A stretch of DNA of 63,999 nt, counting the filler, from Dimargaris cristalligena (Eukaryota): the NCBI GenBank assembly GCA_003614675.1. It is 7 parts of 7 records of this genome, joined end to end, with 100 filler letters (N's around TTAATTAATTAA, not from the genome) between each part and the next. Parts side by side here need not be neighbours in the genome. Positions count along the whole stretch, not along the records: positions 1 to 9,198 come from ML003279.1; positions 9,299 to 18,495 come from ML003280.1; 5 more parts are not named here. One strand, given 5' to 3'. The translations under genes were made by a program, and so were the position numbers. A model generated the notes under the pieces. That model had not been told where the DNA came from. It did not search any database and saw only the letters and a program-made list of their open reading frames with translations. Shown in pieces: positions 1 through 12,153 of this stretch (its first letter is position 1; every line of letters begins with the position of its first letter).

Positions 1-833
1 TCTATCATCACCTTTCCCTTTTTATCACCTATCTTTTCAAATAAAGTTCAGTTTTCAAGGATTTGAGTTTAGTTCTTTACACTAAGGTATGATAAATAGG
101 CCAACTGGACAGCTGTGAGGACTTAGAAGACTCTGTCAGTAGCCAGAAGAGTCTTTGGATCAGCACTTGAGTGATTAGTGCAAACTAAGGAGTCCAGAAG
201 GGGAATACTTATATGATATAGGGTGATCCCATAGTACTGGGGGTGACTATGGGAAGGTTAATATGGTACTATATGGCCTAATATAGTCAGATACTAAACT
301 AGCTAGATTAGGGTAGATTAGAAGGTCCATATGGATAGAAGGTTTATTCTTGATAATAACATATGAAAATAAAGATTTGAAGCAGTAGTAATGGGTCCTA
401 AACTTCAGAAATGTACAGATTAAATCAATTCTAAGGTGGTAGCAAGGAACCATTTTATAGCCAGATAATTTATAATGCCATAGAAAGGTATAAGGCTATT
501 GTAAAATATCTTAGAGTAAAGTGGGGGATTAGAAGGTCCAACAACCAGTAAGGTAACTTTACATCCATTCTGAAATTCTTGAATCCCTAGCCATTCTACT
601 CTTAGTATTCAAATCCAGTCCAGTAGCTGGGCTGCTAATGACTTCACTAATATAATATTATACCATGTAACATCATATGTGGATATCAATGATTTCCTAA
701 GAACTATGATATTCCAAACAATAGTACTGCCAAATTTTTTGTTTGAATGTTTCACTCAAAAGGGTACCAATAGCACCCATGTACCCACTGTTAAGAATCA
801 CAAACCAACTGTTTATTAGCATCATATGGAGGC
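1..833. mobile_element. CpG-free degenerate repeat / transposon relic
   Basis: No CG dinucleotide in 1-833 and no credible ORF. 81-286 recurs in inverted orientation at ~5053-5258. TE origin is inferred; family unknown. Confidence 0.45.
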
Positions 834-836
834 CGA

Positions 837-3090
837 GAAGCTAATGCTAAATGGGGGATGTGATGGTGTATAGTATATCCAGAAGAGAAATCGTACCAAT
901 GAATGGCATGTGAGGATATTCAACCAAGCGTCAGTGTTGATTAGGGTTTACCTAGTTAATTAATTCTAACCAGGATTTCAGAAGGATGACAGACCCATTT
1001 TCTACCGTATTTGTCATATAATGTCAGTGTATTACTTTCTTCGTTGATGGAGACTATTTTGGCCAAGTGTACTACCGTGGGGGATTTGCGAAGGGCAAAC
1101 ATAATTCCATCTGTATGGAAGGTAAATGTAGTTACATATTGACAAAGACTAGGTTATGAATGCTATGTAAAAAAATAATTCACCCTAATGCCACAGCGAG
1201 TAGGTAAAATAAGGGACACCAACCTTTCGACAATCCAAGCAAGGTCAGGGTGCATTAGGTAAACCTACTATGTGAGTGCCTACTTACCCCCAGATCGTAT
1301 TTCGACTCTCATGCCAGAGAAATTTAAAGCCCACATTATTTACTTAGAGTCTCTGGGGTCCAGTTAGAGGGCGGGTGAGGATGTGGGGTGGAATATAGAC
1401 AGCTGTAAGGGGCTTGGTAGAAAGTTCGGGAAAGGTAAGCGAAAACCTGATATGAGTGGTAATGTTGAATACAAAGAACTTGTTGAAAAATGACCATTGG
1501 GGCGGAGTCGAGCCTACTTTATATAATTACGTAAGCTTATAATGTAATCGACCATTCAAGTAATTTAAAATGGACTTTCTTAAACATGAATATTATTATA
1601 TGTCGGTCCAAACCATCAGTCGCATGCAGGCTTGTAATATTACTTATATATGTTTTATCAATGTAAAATTATAACAAATTTAAATAAATTGGAGTATACC
1701 TATTAGCTGTTCGGGTTATACAGAAACGGTACAATTAAAGCACTACAAGGCTTCATTTAAAATAAAATAAAAACATTATTGAACTATTTAGTCGTGGCAT
1801 GATAATGCTTGGAGTTAAACATTCCTGCTGGGGGTAAAGTTTATCGTGTTTCATAGAACACATACAACCAACACCATAATCTTGTTTGCTAAACATTGAC
1901 CCACAATTTCACACGGCTTGTTCAAGTAAGTGTAGCTACAGCCCGTAACCCATTGAAAAAAAAAGTGATAAATCGAACAGCTTGGTTTGTGGTATACCAA
2001 GACCTCTTTGTATTTTACCAAGAGCTGTCAACTATTCAATAGTAAATTTCCCCGGTTCTCACGAAGTAACATATGTATGTCATTCATCGAACTAGTTATC
2101 ATTGATTCCTTGAATATAGGCTGTACGTGGCCATGTTCTACCATCCTGTATTTTTTGGACGATCACTAATGTCAATCAGGTTTTCTGTTAACTCACATGC
2201 CCTATAATCTTCAAAGAGACTATTTTCCCATGTCAACAACCCGACTAACATGTTATATCTAATAGTGATCAATGGGGGCAATATAAAGGAAACGGCCAGA
2301 GACGGCTTATAATCCCACATATCAATATTCACCCGTTTAATATTATCTGAAGTCCAGTTCACAAATCCCCTCACGCGATTTATTAGCTTTGATTGTGAAG
2401 ATGCGAGATTTCTATAACAGGCACATTAGATGCCAAACGAGTTAAAACAGGAGGTTTGGTGCATGTATGTATGTTGCGTCGAGAGATAGAATTGAAAACA
2501 TAACCCGAGAAATCAGTGACAGTGCAGCTGGGCCAACTTCACTCCGTGTTTACAAACCTGAACAAATAGGACAGTCTACGCACCTAGAAACATTACTTTA
2601 GCGATGCCATTATTACCAGTGACAGGGATTGGTGACTCCCCTACAACTGATCATGTTAAATTTGGATTTTCTATACAGTAATGGTCGTCAAAGTACTGGT
2701 GATTATTTTATCTCGTCAATTTCGTGATTCGGGTTTCCAGCATTCCATGACCTGTGTCAAATATAACCTTTGTGGGATATTTATTGACATGCCAGTGGAC
2801 TATAACCGATACGTCAATCGGCGCCATTAATCATTACACCCTTATGGCTAATCGCCTTTCCCACCTCAAAAATTAATGGACTATTTCCATTCAATGTACC
2901 ACACTCCCTAGGACAGCGACTGTGTCCAACCGGTTAATACTAAACTAGTGGGTCTCGGCAACTTGAATGGCACACTATGACCGATTAGAATGGAAGCGTA
3001 CTAGCCTGGGAATGATTGCCGGCCGATATATATTAGTAGTAAGTGTAGGATATACTAAAGGTAGATCAATAAAACTATCTAGAGGGGACG
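837..3090. repeat. Copy 1 of a ~2.3-kb direct segmental duplication (copy 2 at ~5626-7955)
   Basis: Colinear similarity along the whole span, e.g. TTTGCTAAACATTGACCCACAATTTCACACGGCTTGTTCAA and CGAGAAATCAGTGACAGT in both copies. Ends are approximate. Confidence 0.9.
956..1336 (-). CDS. Spliced 67-aa microprotein, Tudor/SH3-barrel-like (copy 1); exons 1336-1288 and 1110-956
   Basis: ATG at 1336, GTAAGT donor, CAG acceptor, 204-nt CDS ending TAA: MWALNFSGMRVEIRSGDGIMFALRKSPTVVHLAKIVSINEESNTLTLYDKYGRKWVCHPSEILVRIN. Exon lengths and intron phase are identical in the paralogue. TATATAAA lies ~185 nt upstream. The fold call is by eye only. Confidence 0.8.
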
Positions 3091-4679
3091 GCAGTAGTTA
3101 GAGGACAGCAAGTACCTCTAGTCAGTTGGAGTTATAAAATAGAATAATCAGCAGTGGTATTTTTAACTGGATAAAATGAAAGGGCATATAATAACTAAAT
3201 ACACCAACATATTTGGTCAGAATCAGGAGAGACGAATAAACCTGTTGGGACATGTTTTTCATGACACCATTGATGGGGTGGGCACGAAGTCATGCTCCAC
3301 AAAAGACTATCCAGGCGAGTTTTTTTTTTTGCGACAGTCCTGCCAACTGATAATCCCGTCATATGAATGAAATTTGGCACTGATAATGATACCGGAAAAG
3401 GATACACGTAGGTTTTTTGTAAAGAAAAGGCCTTTAAAATATCAGATATTCAAATGGCCGCGGTATAGGACCATGCAGAGTGGACCCAGCTAATATCCCA
3501 CCCCCTCACAGAAAAACATAGCAGCTTAAATCTCATGTTTGACAATTGACCAGAAACACAAAGGGAATTGTTGGAAATCGAAGCATTCATTATAGTCAAC
3601 GTGACTTCGACAAAACTAAAACAAGTACAGCTGGATGTAGTAGACCACCAGCCAATCCATTTCCTAGGTCAACGGTAGGGCATGAACCGCAAATGGGGTT
3701 CAAAGGAGGTATGCTGGTCGAACCAAACCCCTGTAAAAGGCTGGACTTAACGGGACCTGGAAGTAACAGTACTTCATTCATTCCTATTATCGGGGCCTCT
3801 TTATTATATAAAGAAAGTATTCATACAGTGAATATTCTTCTCGGTAAAAGGTCTCTTCATTTTGGATATTCGAGGGGACGCATGTGCTGATTAAGTGGGA
3901 AATGGCAGTGTCCGCCCGTATGTAGTTAATCAAGAGCCCGAAAGCTTACTACGTATGTTGGGGGTTATAAATATCCGCCAGTCGGCCCCACTAGCTTTTA
4001 GTCCATATCTTTTTCTTTGCACAATTAGCACAATGTTGAGATTTCAAAGAAAAATATCTGATGAAATCAAGAAGTGGTTTCGAACCTTTTGAGACTATCC
4101 ACCATATGCCCCCCGTCACAAGGACAAATAGCTATTCACCGAATGGCTGCCATCACTGGTAAGTAATTATTTTTATATATGTACGTATTTTGTGTTTATA
4201 ATTCGCCTCTAAGATTATAAATATTTCTGCTTCTATAGTATAACCACAGTATATATTGTGTCCATGCCAGTCCCCGTTAGATTGAAATAATATTCTTCTA
4301 TATTAGTATGTAGTACTATTTTATTTTCAGTAAAAGATTAGGAAAATGTATAAAATTGTGTGGCCTCTATTAAATGGACCACCACCACAATGGCCAAATG
4401 GGCTTCCCTCTGCTCTAACAACACGTTTTGCGGGTGTTGCAAAACAGGTGGTAGTTGTAGTATTTTTTTGGTGTACTAACCACATTTAAACTGTAATATT
4501 GATCTAAAATAATTATTACTACTATATAGAACGGTCCCATTCTAGGGAGGGTAATGGGTGACCTTTTAGGATTGGGATAAGACACACCATAACCTGGCAT
4601 CCAATTGGTCCTCCCCGTATTCCCTCCCTGTTTGCCCAAACAATGACAGTCCCAAACTAACTATCCTCTCACAAATCCG

Positions 4680-5625
4680 CCATTGCTTGCCAGGTTAGCC
4701 ATACAATAGCCATACAGTATATATCTCTTCTTGCTGCCAATATCCTTAATGAAGTGCATTTTATTATGCCCACCATCAAGTACCAAACATACATACAGTA
4801 TAGCAAGTTATTTTAAAGCCCTCCATAAGCATGTCTTTACCTAACAATTGCATCAGTTTATTTCTACATAAATTGCCATGTAAATATGATTTCTTTAAGA
4901 GTAACCCCCTCTTTAAATTGGTGTATACCCTCATTTCACAATGGTACTATTCTTAATAATTTTCTTTACTATATTTTATATTATTATTAAAATTTTTCTT
5001 TTAGCTATCAGACTATCTAATCCCCCTTAATCTAGACACCTTTATGTCCATCCCTATTAGGCCTTATAGTACCATATTAACCTTCCCATGGTTACCCCCA
5101 GTACTATAGGATTATCCCTTATTATATAACCCTCCCCCTTCTAAACCTCACCTCTTTGCACTAATTACTCAAGTGCTAATCTGAAGACTCTTCCAGTTAC
5201 CATCAGAATCTTCTAGATACCTATGGCTATCCAGTTAACCTATTTACCTATACCTTAGTCTTTTTAATATCCTTCCTTTGGGACCTCTCTCTAGAGATAT
5301 CCCTGTATATATATAACTAGGCCCTATTAGGACTGGTTAGATTCCTTAGCTTATTCCTATCCCTAGTTTACCCCTAATAAACTCTATATATGCTCTACTC
5401 CCCTATATACTGACTAGTAAGTGTGACAGTTGCATGTCCCTTACATTTACCTATTATAACCTTTATTAGTTAGTACTATACCTGTACCTGGCACTAGCAA
5501 CCACTTAGCTGTATCTAAACCCTGCCTACTATTTAAAGCCTATCCATAGGACTCTTGATAAACTAAGAGTGGTTGGCCTGGGTATTACAAAAACCTACTA
5601 TTTATTAACACTCTATAGAGGTCTA
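4680..5625. mobile_element. CpG-free degenerate repeat / transposon relic
   Basis: No CG from 4680 to 5758. Contains an inverted, diverged copy (~5053-5258) of 81-286. Confidence 0.45.
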
Positions 5626-7955
5626 GAAGCCAATGCAAAATGGAGGAGTAGATGATATGTAATATATCCAGTAGAGAAATTATTCCAATTAATAGTCATA
5701 GGGGGGGGGTATCCAACCATTTGTCATTGTTGATTTGGGTTTTCCCAACTACTCAAAACGAACTAGAATATCAGCAGACGAAAAGATCCAATCAATATCC
5801 CTAAAGTCGGTGATCATCACTGTGTTATTTTCTTCGCAAATGGATATGATTCTGCCCACATATAGTACCGTGGGGGTTTCGCGATGGGCGAATATAATGT
5901 CACCTATATAAAAGGTAAGCATATTTACACGTTGCCAAAGACTGGGTTATGAATACCATATAAACAAAATCGCATTGGTAGTGTGACAGTGTAGGATACG
6001 ACTAGAAGACCGGAAAAAGGGATATTGAACTTCAGACAATCCGCACAAGAAAAGGGTACCCTAGATAAACCTGCTATGTAGGTGTCTACTTACACCCAAC
6101 TTTCAATTCGACCATTGGGCCATTGAAGCTCTCGGCCAGCATGCCTTATTCGGAGTTTCGGAAGACCAACTAGGGGGCGGGTGTGGATGCGAATGTGGAT
6201 GTAGAATATAGACCGCTCTAAGGGGTTTGGTAGGGAGTTCGGTAAAAACTAGCAAAAGTGTGTTGTGAGAGACAATGTTGAATACTCAGTTCTTATTTGA
6301 AATCTAGCCGTAAGGGCGGCATCTAACCTAATTTATGTAGTTCCGCAATCCAATAATCTAATTGGCCAATCAAACGATCTAGAAAGTACTTACTTAAACA
6401 CGAATATTATTATATGTCTTTCCGAACCATCAGCCGCATGCAGATTTGTAATGGTTTGTATTATTTTATCAACGGAATATTATAGTAAGTTTATATGTAT
6501 TGGTCTATACAGGAATGGAACAATTAAGGTGCTACAAAGCTTTGTTTAAAATAAAAGGTGCATTATTAAACTATTAGTTAGCGCAAGCTGATATTTGGGA
6601 TTAGCCATTCCTACTCAATCCAAAGTTTATCGTGTTACAAAGAATACATACAACCAACACCAAAATCGATTTTGCTAAACATTGACCCACAATTTCACAC
6701 GGCTTGTTCAAATAAGTGTAGCTACGGCCCATCACCCATATAAAAAAGTGATAAATCGAACGGCTTAGCTTGTAAAATACCAAGGCCTCTTTGTATTTTA
6801 CCAAGAGCAGGAAACTGTTCAATAGCACATTCCCTCGGTTCTCACAAACTACCAGGCGTATACTATTCGTAGAACCAGCTGTATTTGCTTCTTTGAACAT
6901 GGACTGCACGTGACCATGCTCTACAGTCCTGTAGTTTTGGACGATCACCAGTATCCATCAGGGTTTGTGTTAATCCACATGCCCTGTAATCTTCAAAGGA
7001 ACTATCGCCCCACGCTAATACCCCAACTAAAATGGTGTATCTGGTGACGATCAATGGAAACAATGTGGGGGAAACGACCGCAGATTGTCTAGAATCTCAT
7101 ATACCAATATTCACCTGTATACTATAATCTGGAATTTGGTACAGAAACCCCCTCACGCGGCTTGTATGCACTGCTTGTATAGATAAGAAACATAAGAGAC
7201 AAATATATTGGATGTTAAACGAATTAAAAAATGGGGATTGTTGTATGCATGTGTGTTGGGTGGGGAGGAGGAATTGAAACCCTACCTCGAGAAATCAGTG
7301 ACAGTACAGCTGGACCAACTTCACTCCGTATTTACAAACCAGAACAAATAAGGTAGTCTATGCACATAGCAACATTACTTTAGCGATGTCATTATTAGCA
7401 GTGACAGGGACTCGTGACTCCCCTACAACTGATCATGCTGAATATAGAATTCCTATACAAATATTGTTGCCAAAGTACCGATGACTATTTCATTGCGTCA
7501 TTTTTGTGATTCAGGTTTCCAGCATTTCATAATCTGTGGGAAATAAAACATTTGTGGGATATTGATTGACATGTTAGTTGGCTATAATCAATACGCCAAT
7601 GAATTCCTTCAACATTGTCAATCACTTTTCTTGATGTTAAGTTTTTTTATCGCTATCCGCGGATATCATTTATCTAGGACTGCTGACCCACCTGAGAAAA
7701 CAAAAACAAATGACAACTATTGTCCTTATATATATCGCTCCCCCTGGGACACTTAAAAGGTTCGAGAGCTAATACTAAATCAATGGGCCGGGCAGCCATG
7801 GTGGTGCACTACGAGAGTGATGCACTATGGCAAATTTGATAGCAACCATACTAACTTGGGACTGGCTGTCAATTGGGATATATTAGCAGTAAGTGGTGAC
7901 CATGAAATATAATGAAGGTTGTACATAGTTACTGGGCACTGCAAAGGGACGGGTT
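5626..7955. repeat. Copy 2 of the ~2.3-kb duplication
   Basis: Colinear with ~837-3090 at an offset of ~4.8 kb. Confidence 0.9.
5749..6142 (-). CDS. Spliced 67-aa microprotein, Tudor/SH3-barrel-like (copy 2); exons 6142-6094 and 5903-5749
   Basis: ATG at 6142, GTAAGT donor, TAG acceptor, 204-nt CDS ending TAG: MLAESFNGPMVELKVGCDIIFAHRETPTVLYVGRIISICEENNTVMITDFRDIDWIFSSADILVRFE. 27/67 residues identical to copy 1, with no indels. Confidence 0.8.
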
Positions 7956-8646
7956 TATAAATGGGTATCCAAATAAATGATGGATACAAGTTAAGATATA
8001 ATAGGGACATACTCCACGTAAACATCTGTCTTCAATATCAGGCAACACTACTGGTCTCATCTACGAATAGAAATTATGGACATTGGGGGGGGGGCTGGGT
8101 GGTAATAGGAATACTTTCAAGTCAATAAGTAACAAAATAATATAAATCATAGATTATAACAATAATCTATTCAATCAATGTCGTAAATAGGTACTTACCG
8201 GCTCCCAGAGAGGTGACATGACCGCTAATCAATTAATAGTATAGTAATATAAATTTTTAGTTATGGCCATATGTAGCTGGAATATTAGTAATTTATTTAT
8301 ACAGGGTCGCAAGGAGTAGTGCCTATATGGCATTTTAAATCTCCACCCTGGGGGCGTCAAATAAAAGAAAGCATTAGCCACCGCTACTTAGTAGCAGGGC
8401 CTTGCAGTAAAACTTTAACAGAGGGGGGTGGTAGGGCCGGTAGTGAAATAAAGGTGGACGTCCAGGGGTTGCTTTCAAAGGGATATTGCTGCAGATCACT
8501 GCATGCCTCTATTCACACTTCGCCTACCAGTGTCTATTGAATTGGAGCACTAGTAAAAAAAGGAAAGGAAACAAAGAGAGAGAAAGAGAGAACAAAAGAG
8601 AAATAACAGAGAAAAAAAAGGAGGGGGGTGAAGCTATAGCTGCAAA

Positions 8647-9120
8647 CTATATAGCCGGGGGGTTGGCTGCAGTGGTAGTAGACCAAATTGAGCCTGAGTC
8701 CTCTGGGGGGAATATGATATCAGGGCGGCATATATGGTCAATATACAGTAGTATTTTAAGGAGGGGGACCCAAAAATGGCAGGAGTAGTGGGGGGACGTT
8801 GGTAGGGAGGAGATGGTAAAATTGATGGGGTTATTATCAGTTGGGGGGGATGGGAGTGCATCAAGTAATGGGCAGGGGATGAGAGGGCATTTTGGGAGAT
8901 GGTTTTGGGATGTGTGGCCAGTACCATATGGGCAATCCTTATAGCGACCTGGTAACCACCCCATATGCCAGCAAATTAGACAGCAGCATTCAAGGCAAGT
9001 GGCAGGCAAGTAGGTAATGGGGTCTTTGCCAATAAGGCGGCAGCAACCTTTCATAAGGGCCTGGGTACTCTGTAATAAATCAACTTCAGTAAGGCGGGTG
9101 TTGTGGTAGGACCTGAGACT
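8647..9120 (-). pseudogene. Cys/Pro-rich degenerate ORF, possibly a retroelement Gag remnant
   Basis: CLICWHMGWLPGRYKDCP loosely resembles a decayed CCHC knuckle. The TGC/TGT runs could be CpG-deaminated Arg codons. Weak support. Confidence 0.25.
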
Positions 9121-9198
9121 ACTTAGTCAATTGTAGTATTCCTTTTTTCAATCACATTCTATTTTTATATCCTTTTATCAGTGAAGTCATGATTTATT

Positions 9199-9298
9199 NN
9201 NNNNNNNNNNNNNNNNNNNNNNNNNNNNNNNNNNNNNNNNNNTTAATTAATTAANNNNNNNNNNNNNNNNNNNNNNNNNNNNNNNNNNNNNNNNNNNN
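9199..9298. other. Artificial contig linker N44-TTAATTAATTAA-N44 (also 18496-18595, 27784-27883, 37058-37157, 46310-46409, 55557-55656)
   Basis: Six identical 100-nt spacers with stops in all six frames. Complete contigs are 9197, 9188, 9174, 9152 and 9147 bp, in descending order. Confidence 0.98.
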
Positions 9299-9801
9299 AA
9301 CCTAGTCCGTTCCGGCCGCCACACTACCGGCATGCGTCCCCTTACCCCCCCCCCCGCTCTACTGGTTCCCAAAAATAAATATACCATGGTCCAAATTAAT
9401 TTTTCGGGATATGGTGGAGATGGGCAATACTGGGCACCCCAACCAAAGAATATTACTTGGCCGCGAATTATGCTGATAAGCTCAGTTGTTCTACTATGCA
9501 GAAAATTACCAGTAATATTATTATGGATTAAGGCAATGGAGCTTAGTTGTAATATTATTATCTGTTATTAACCAATACTGAGGGGAGGAGACCAACCCCC
9601 CCCCCAATCCAATTTATTTTTTATCCAGCGGACCCCCACCACACACATACACCTACGTAGACTCTATTCAGCTCCTGTAGTGTGTGATCCATTTCCATTG
9701 CTCCAATGCGTTGACCTACTCAGGCTATTGACTGTTTGTAAAACTATTCCTCTATCCATACTTAGTCTTCGTTCACCCTTCACATAGTCCACGCTCTCCA
9801 C

Positions 9802-12153
9802 ATGGCTCAGCGCATTGCTAAACTTGCGGAATTGCGAGGTCTTTGTCCTCGGGCGATCTCGCCCGCTCGTTGGACCACTGCGACCGGCTCCGCCCGCCTT
9901 CTCACTACCGCTGCCCGCAACCCCGTCCTTCGGAACTCGGCCTCCTCCAACCTAGTCCGTTCCGGCCGCCACACTACCGGCATGCGTCCCCTTACCTTCC
10001 CCCTTGCCGCCCACCGCACCATGGCCACTTCAGCCTTGGACAACGCCGACCCTCAGGATCTGGCCCGTCTCCACAAACTGCGCAACATCGGTATTTCCGC
10101 CCACATTGACTCGGGCAAAACCACCCTGACCGAGCGGGTTCTATTCTACACTGGTCGTATCAAGGAAATCCACGAGGTGCGGGGCCGCGACAATGTCGGG
10201 GCCAAGATGGACTGGATGGAATTGGAGCGGGAGAAGGGAATTACCATTCAGTCTGCGGCCACCTACGCCCACTGGAAGGACTACAACTTCAACATCATTG
10301 ATACGCCCGGGCACGTTGATTTCACCATCGAGGTGGAGCGTGCTCTGCGGGTCCTGGACGGTGCCGTTCTGGTACTGTGCTCGGTGAGTGGGGTCCAGAG
10401 TCAGACCATCACCGTGGACCGGCAAATGAAACGCTACAACGTACCCCGTATCTGCTTCATCAATAAGATGGATCGGGCCGGTGCGAACCCCTTTCGGGTT
10501 ATCTCACAACTGCGCAGCAAACTGCACCTCAACGCCGCCGCCATCCAGCTCCCCATCGGCGCGGAAAGCAACTTCGAAGGGGTCATCGACCTGGTCAAGA
10601 TGCAGGCCTACTATAACGAGGGTTTCCGAGGGGTCGACGTGGTCACCAAAGAAATTCCCGAGTCACTCCTGGCCCAGGCCAAGGAGAAGCGCCAGGAGAT
10701 GATTGCCACCCTCGCCGAAGTGGACGACGAAATCGCCGAAATCTTTTTGGAGGAAGGCGAGCCCACCACCGAGCAGCTTCAGCGAGCTATCCGGGACTGT
10801 ACCGTTAGCCGGAAGTTTGTACCGGTGATGATGGGTTCCGCCATCAAGGACAAGGGGGTCCAGCCCATGCTGGACGGCGTATGCGATTATCTGCCCAACC
10901 CGTTGGAAGTCGAGAACATCGCACTGGACCTTCAGAAGAATGAAGAACGCCAAGTCGTCCACCCCGTATCCGACCTCCCCTATATTGGCCTGGCCTTTAA
11001 GCTGGAGGAGGGTAAGTACGGTCAGCTAACCTATATTCGAGTGTACCAGGGCCGCATGGCCAAGGGCGATACCATCTACCACGTCCGTACGGGTAAAAAG
11101 CTGAAGGTGTCCCGTCTGGTCCGCATGCACTCCAACGAAATGGAAGACGTCGAAAGTGTCGGTGGTGGTGAGATTTGCGCCCTGTTTGGCGTGGACTGCG
11201 CCTCTGGGGACACCTTCACCAACGGGCCTAAAGTGTCCATGTCATCCATGTTCGTTCCCGAGCCGGTCATTTCGTTGTCCATCACCCCCAAGTCCAAGGA
11301 ATCGGCCAACTTTTCCAAGGCGCTGAGCCGATTCCAGCGGGAGGATCCCACCTTCCGGGTGCATCAGGACGCCGAGAGCAAAGAGACCATCATTTCCGGG
11401 ATGGGTGAACTCCATCTCGACATTTACGTGGAGCGTATGCGCCGCGAGTACAAGGTAGATTGTGTGACCGGTAAACCACGGGTGGCCTTCCGCGAGACCA
11501 TCACTCGTAAGGGATACTTCAACTACACCCACAAGAAGCAGTCTGGCGGTTCGGGGCAGTTCGCTCGCGTAGTGGGTTACGTCGAACCTGTAGAAGAGGC
11601 CAACGAGGACGGTTCCACCACCGAATTCGTCAACCAGGTCACGGGCGGTACCATCCCGACCAACTATATCCCGGCCTGTCAAAAGGGGTTCGAGGATGGT
11701 CTCGAGAAGGGCTGGCTCATTGGCCATCGGGTGAACGGCGTGCGGTATGTGCTGCAAGACGGTTTGGCCCACGCTGTTGATTCATCCGAAATGGCCTTCC
11801 GTCTCGCCGCGTCGTACGGTTTCCGTGAGGCGTTCATGAAGGCTGGTCCCGTCATTTTGGAACCCGTCATGAAGGTCGAAGTGAGTGCCCCGCTGGAATT
11901 CCAGGGCAACGTGCTGTCGTCCATCAACAAACGTAAGGGTATGATCGTGGATACCGAAACCCAAGACGACTACTGCAGTGTAACGGCCCATGTCTCGCTG
12001 AATAACATGTTCGGGTATTCCACCGAATTGCGGTCCAGTACTCAGGGCAAGGGCGAATTCACCATGGAATACGAACGCCACTCACCTGTCATGGCGTCCG
12101 TGCAGCAAGACCTCATAGACGAATACCAAAAGACTCGTGCTCAAAAGAAATAA
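9802..12153 (+). CDS. MEF1: Mitochondrial elongation factor G1, intronless
   Basis: [61 protein letters not shown] and [12 protein letters not shown] motifs. Arg/Ser/Thr-rich targeting presequence. Confidence 0.96.
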   Translation: MAQRIAKLAELRGLCPRAISPARWTTATGSARLLTTAARNPVLRNSASSNLVRSGRHTTGMRPLTFPLAAHRTMATSALDNADPQDLARLHKLRNIGISAHIDSGKTTLTERVLFYTGRIKEIHEVRGRDNVGAKMDWMELEREKGITIQSAATYAHWKDYNFNIIDTPGHVDFTIEVERALRVLDGAVLVLCSVSGVQSQTITVDRQMKRYNVPRICFINKMDRAGANPFRVISQLRSKLHLNAAAIQLPIGAESNFEGVIDLVKMQAYYNEGFRGVDVVTKEIPESLLAQAKEKRQEMIATLAEVDDEIAEIFLEEGEPTTEQLQRAIRDCTVSRKFVPVMMGSAIKDKGVQPMLDGVCDYLPNPLEVENIALDLQKNEERQVVHPVSDLPYIGLAFKLEEGKYGQLTYIRVYQGRMAKGDTIYHVRTGKKLKVSRLVRMHSNEMEDVESVGGGEICALFGVDCASGDTFTNGPKVSMSSMFVPEPVISLSITPKSKESANFSKALSRFQREDPTFRVHQDAESKETIISGMGELHLDIYVERMRREYKVDCVTGKPRVAFRETITRKGYFNYTHKKQSGGSGQFARVVGYVEPVEEANEDGSTTEFVNQVTGGTIPTNYIPACQKGFEDGLEKGWLIGHRVNGVRYVLQDGLAHAVDSSEMAFRLAASYGFREAFMKAGPVILEPVMKVEVSAPLEFQGNVLSSINKRKGMIVDTETQDDYCSVTAHVSLNNMFGYSTELRSSTQGKGEFTMEYERHSPVMASVQQDLIDEYQKTRAQKK

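Noticed and set aside
1800..2790. Possible recoded gene (TGA/TAA read-through or selenoprotein) in the conserved upstream region
   Set aside because: All three stop types occur, the best frame shifts differently in the two copies, and neighbouring genes use the standard code.
8950..9110. IGKDPITYLP...CWHMGWLP resembles the lentiviral RT connection subdomain
   Set aside because: The match is short and by eye, with no RT YxDD or RNase H motif nearby. Probably coincidence.
9199..9298. Regularly spaced TTAATTAATTAA palindromes about every 9.2 kb
   Set aside because: These are artificial stop-codon linkers between size-sorted contigs. ORFs ending in 'XXXLIN' and any gene clusters across linkers are artefacts.
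9299..9346. Exact 48-bp copy of MEF1 coding sequence 9949-9996 at the contig start
   Set aside because: It sits at the contig edge and runs into a poly-C tract, so it is most likely an assembly or amplification chimera.
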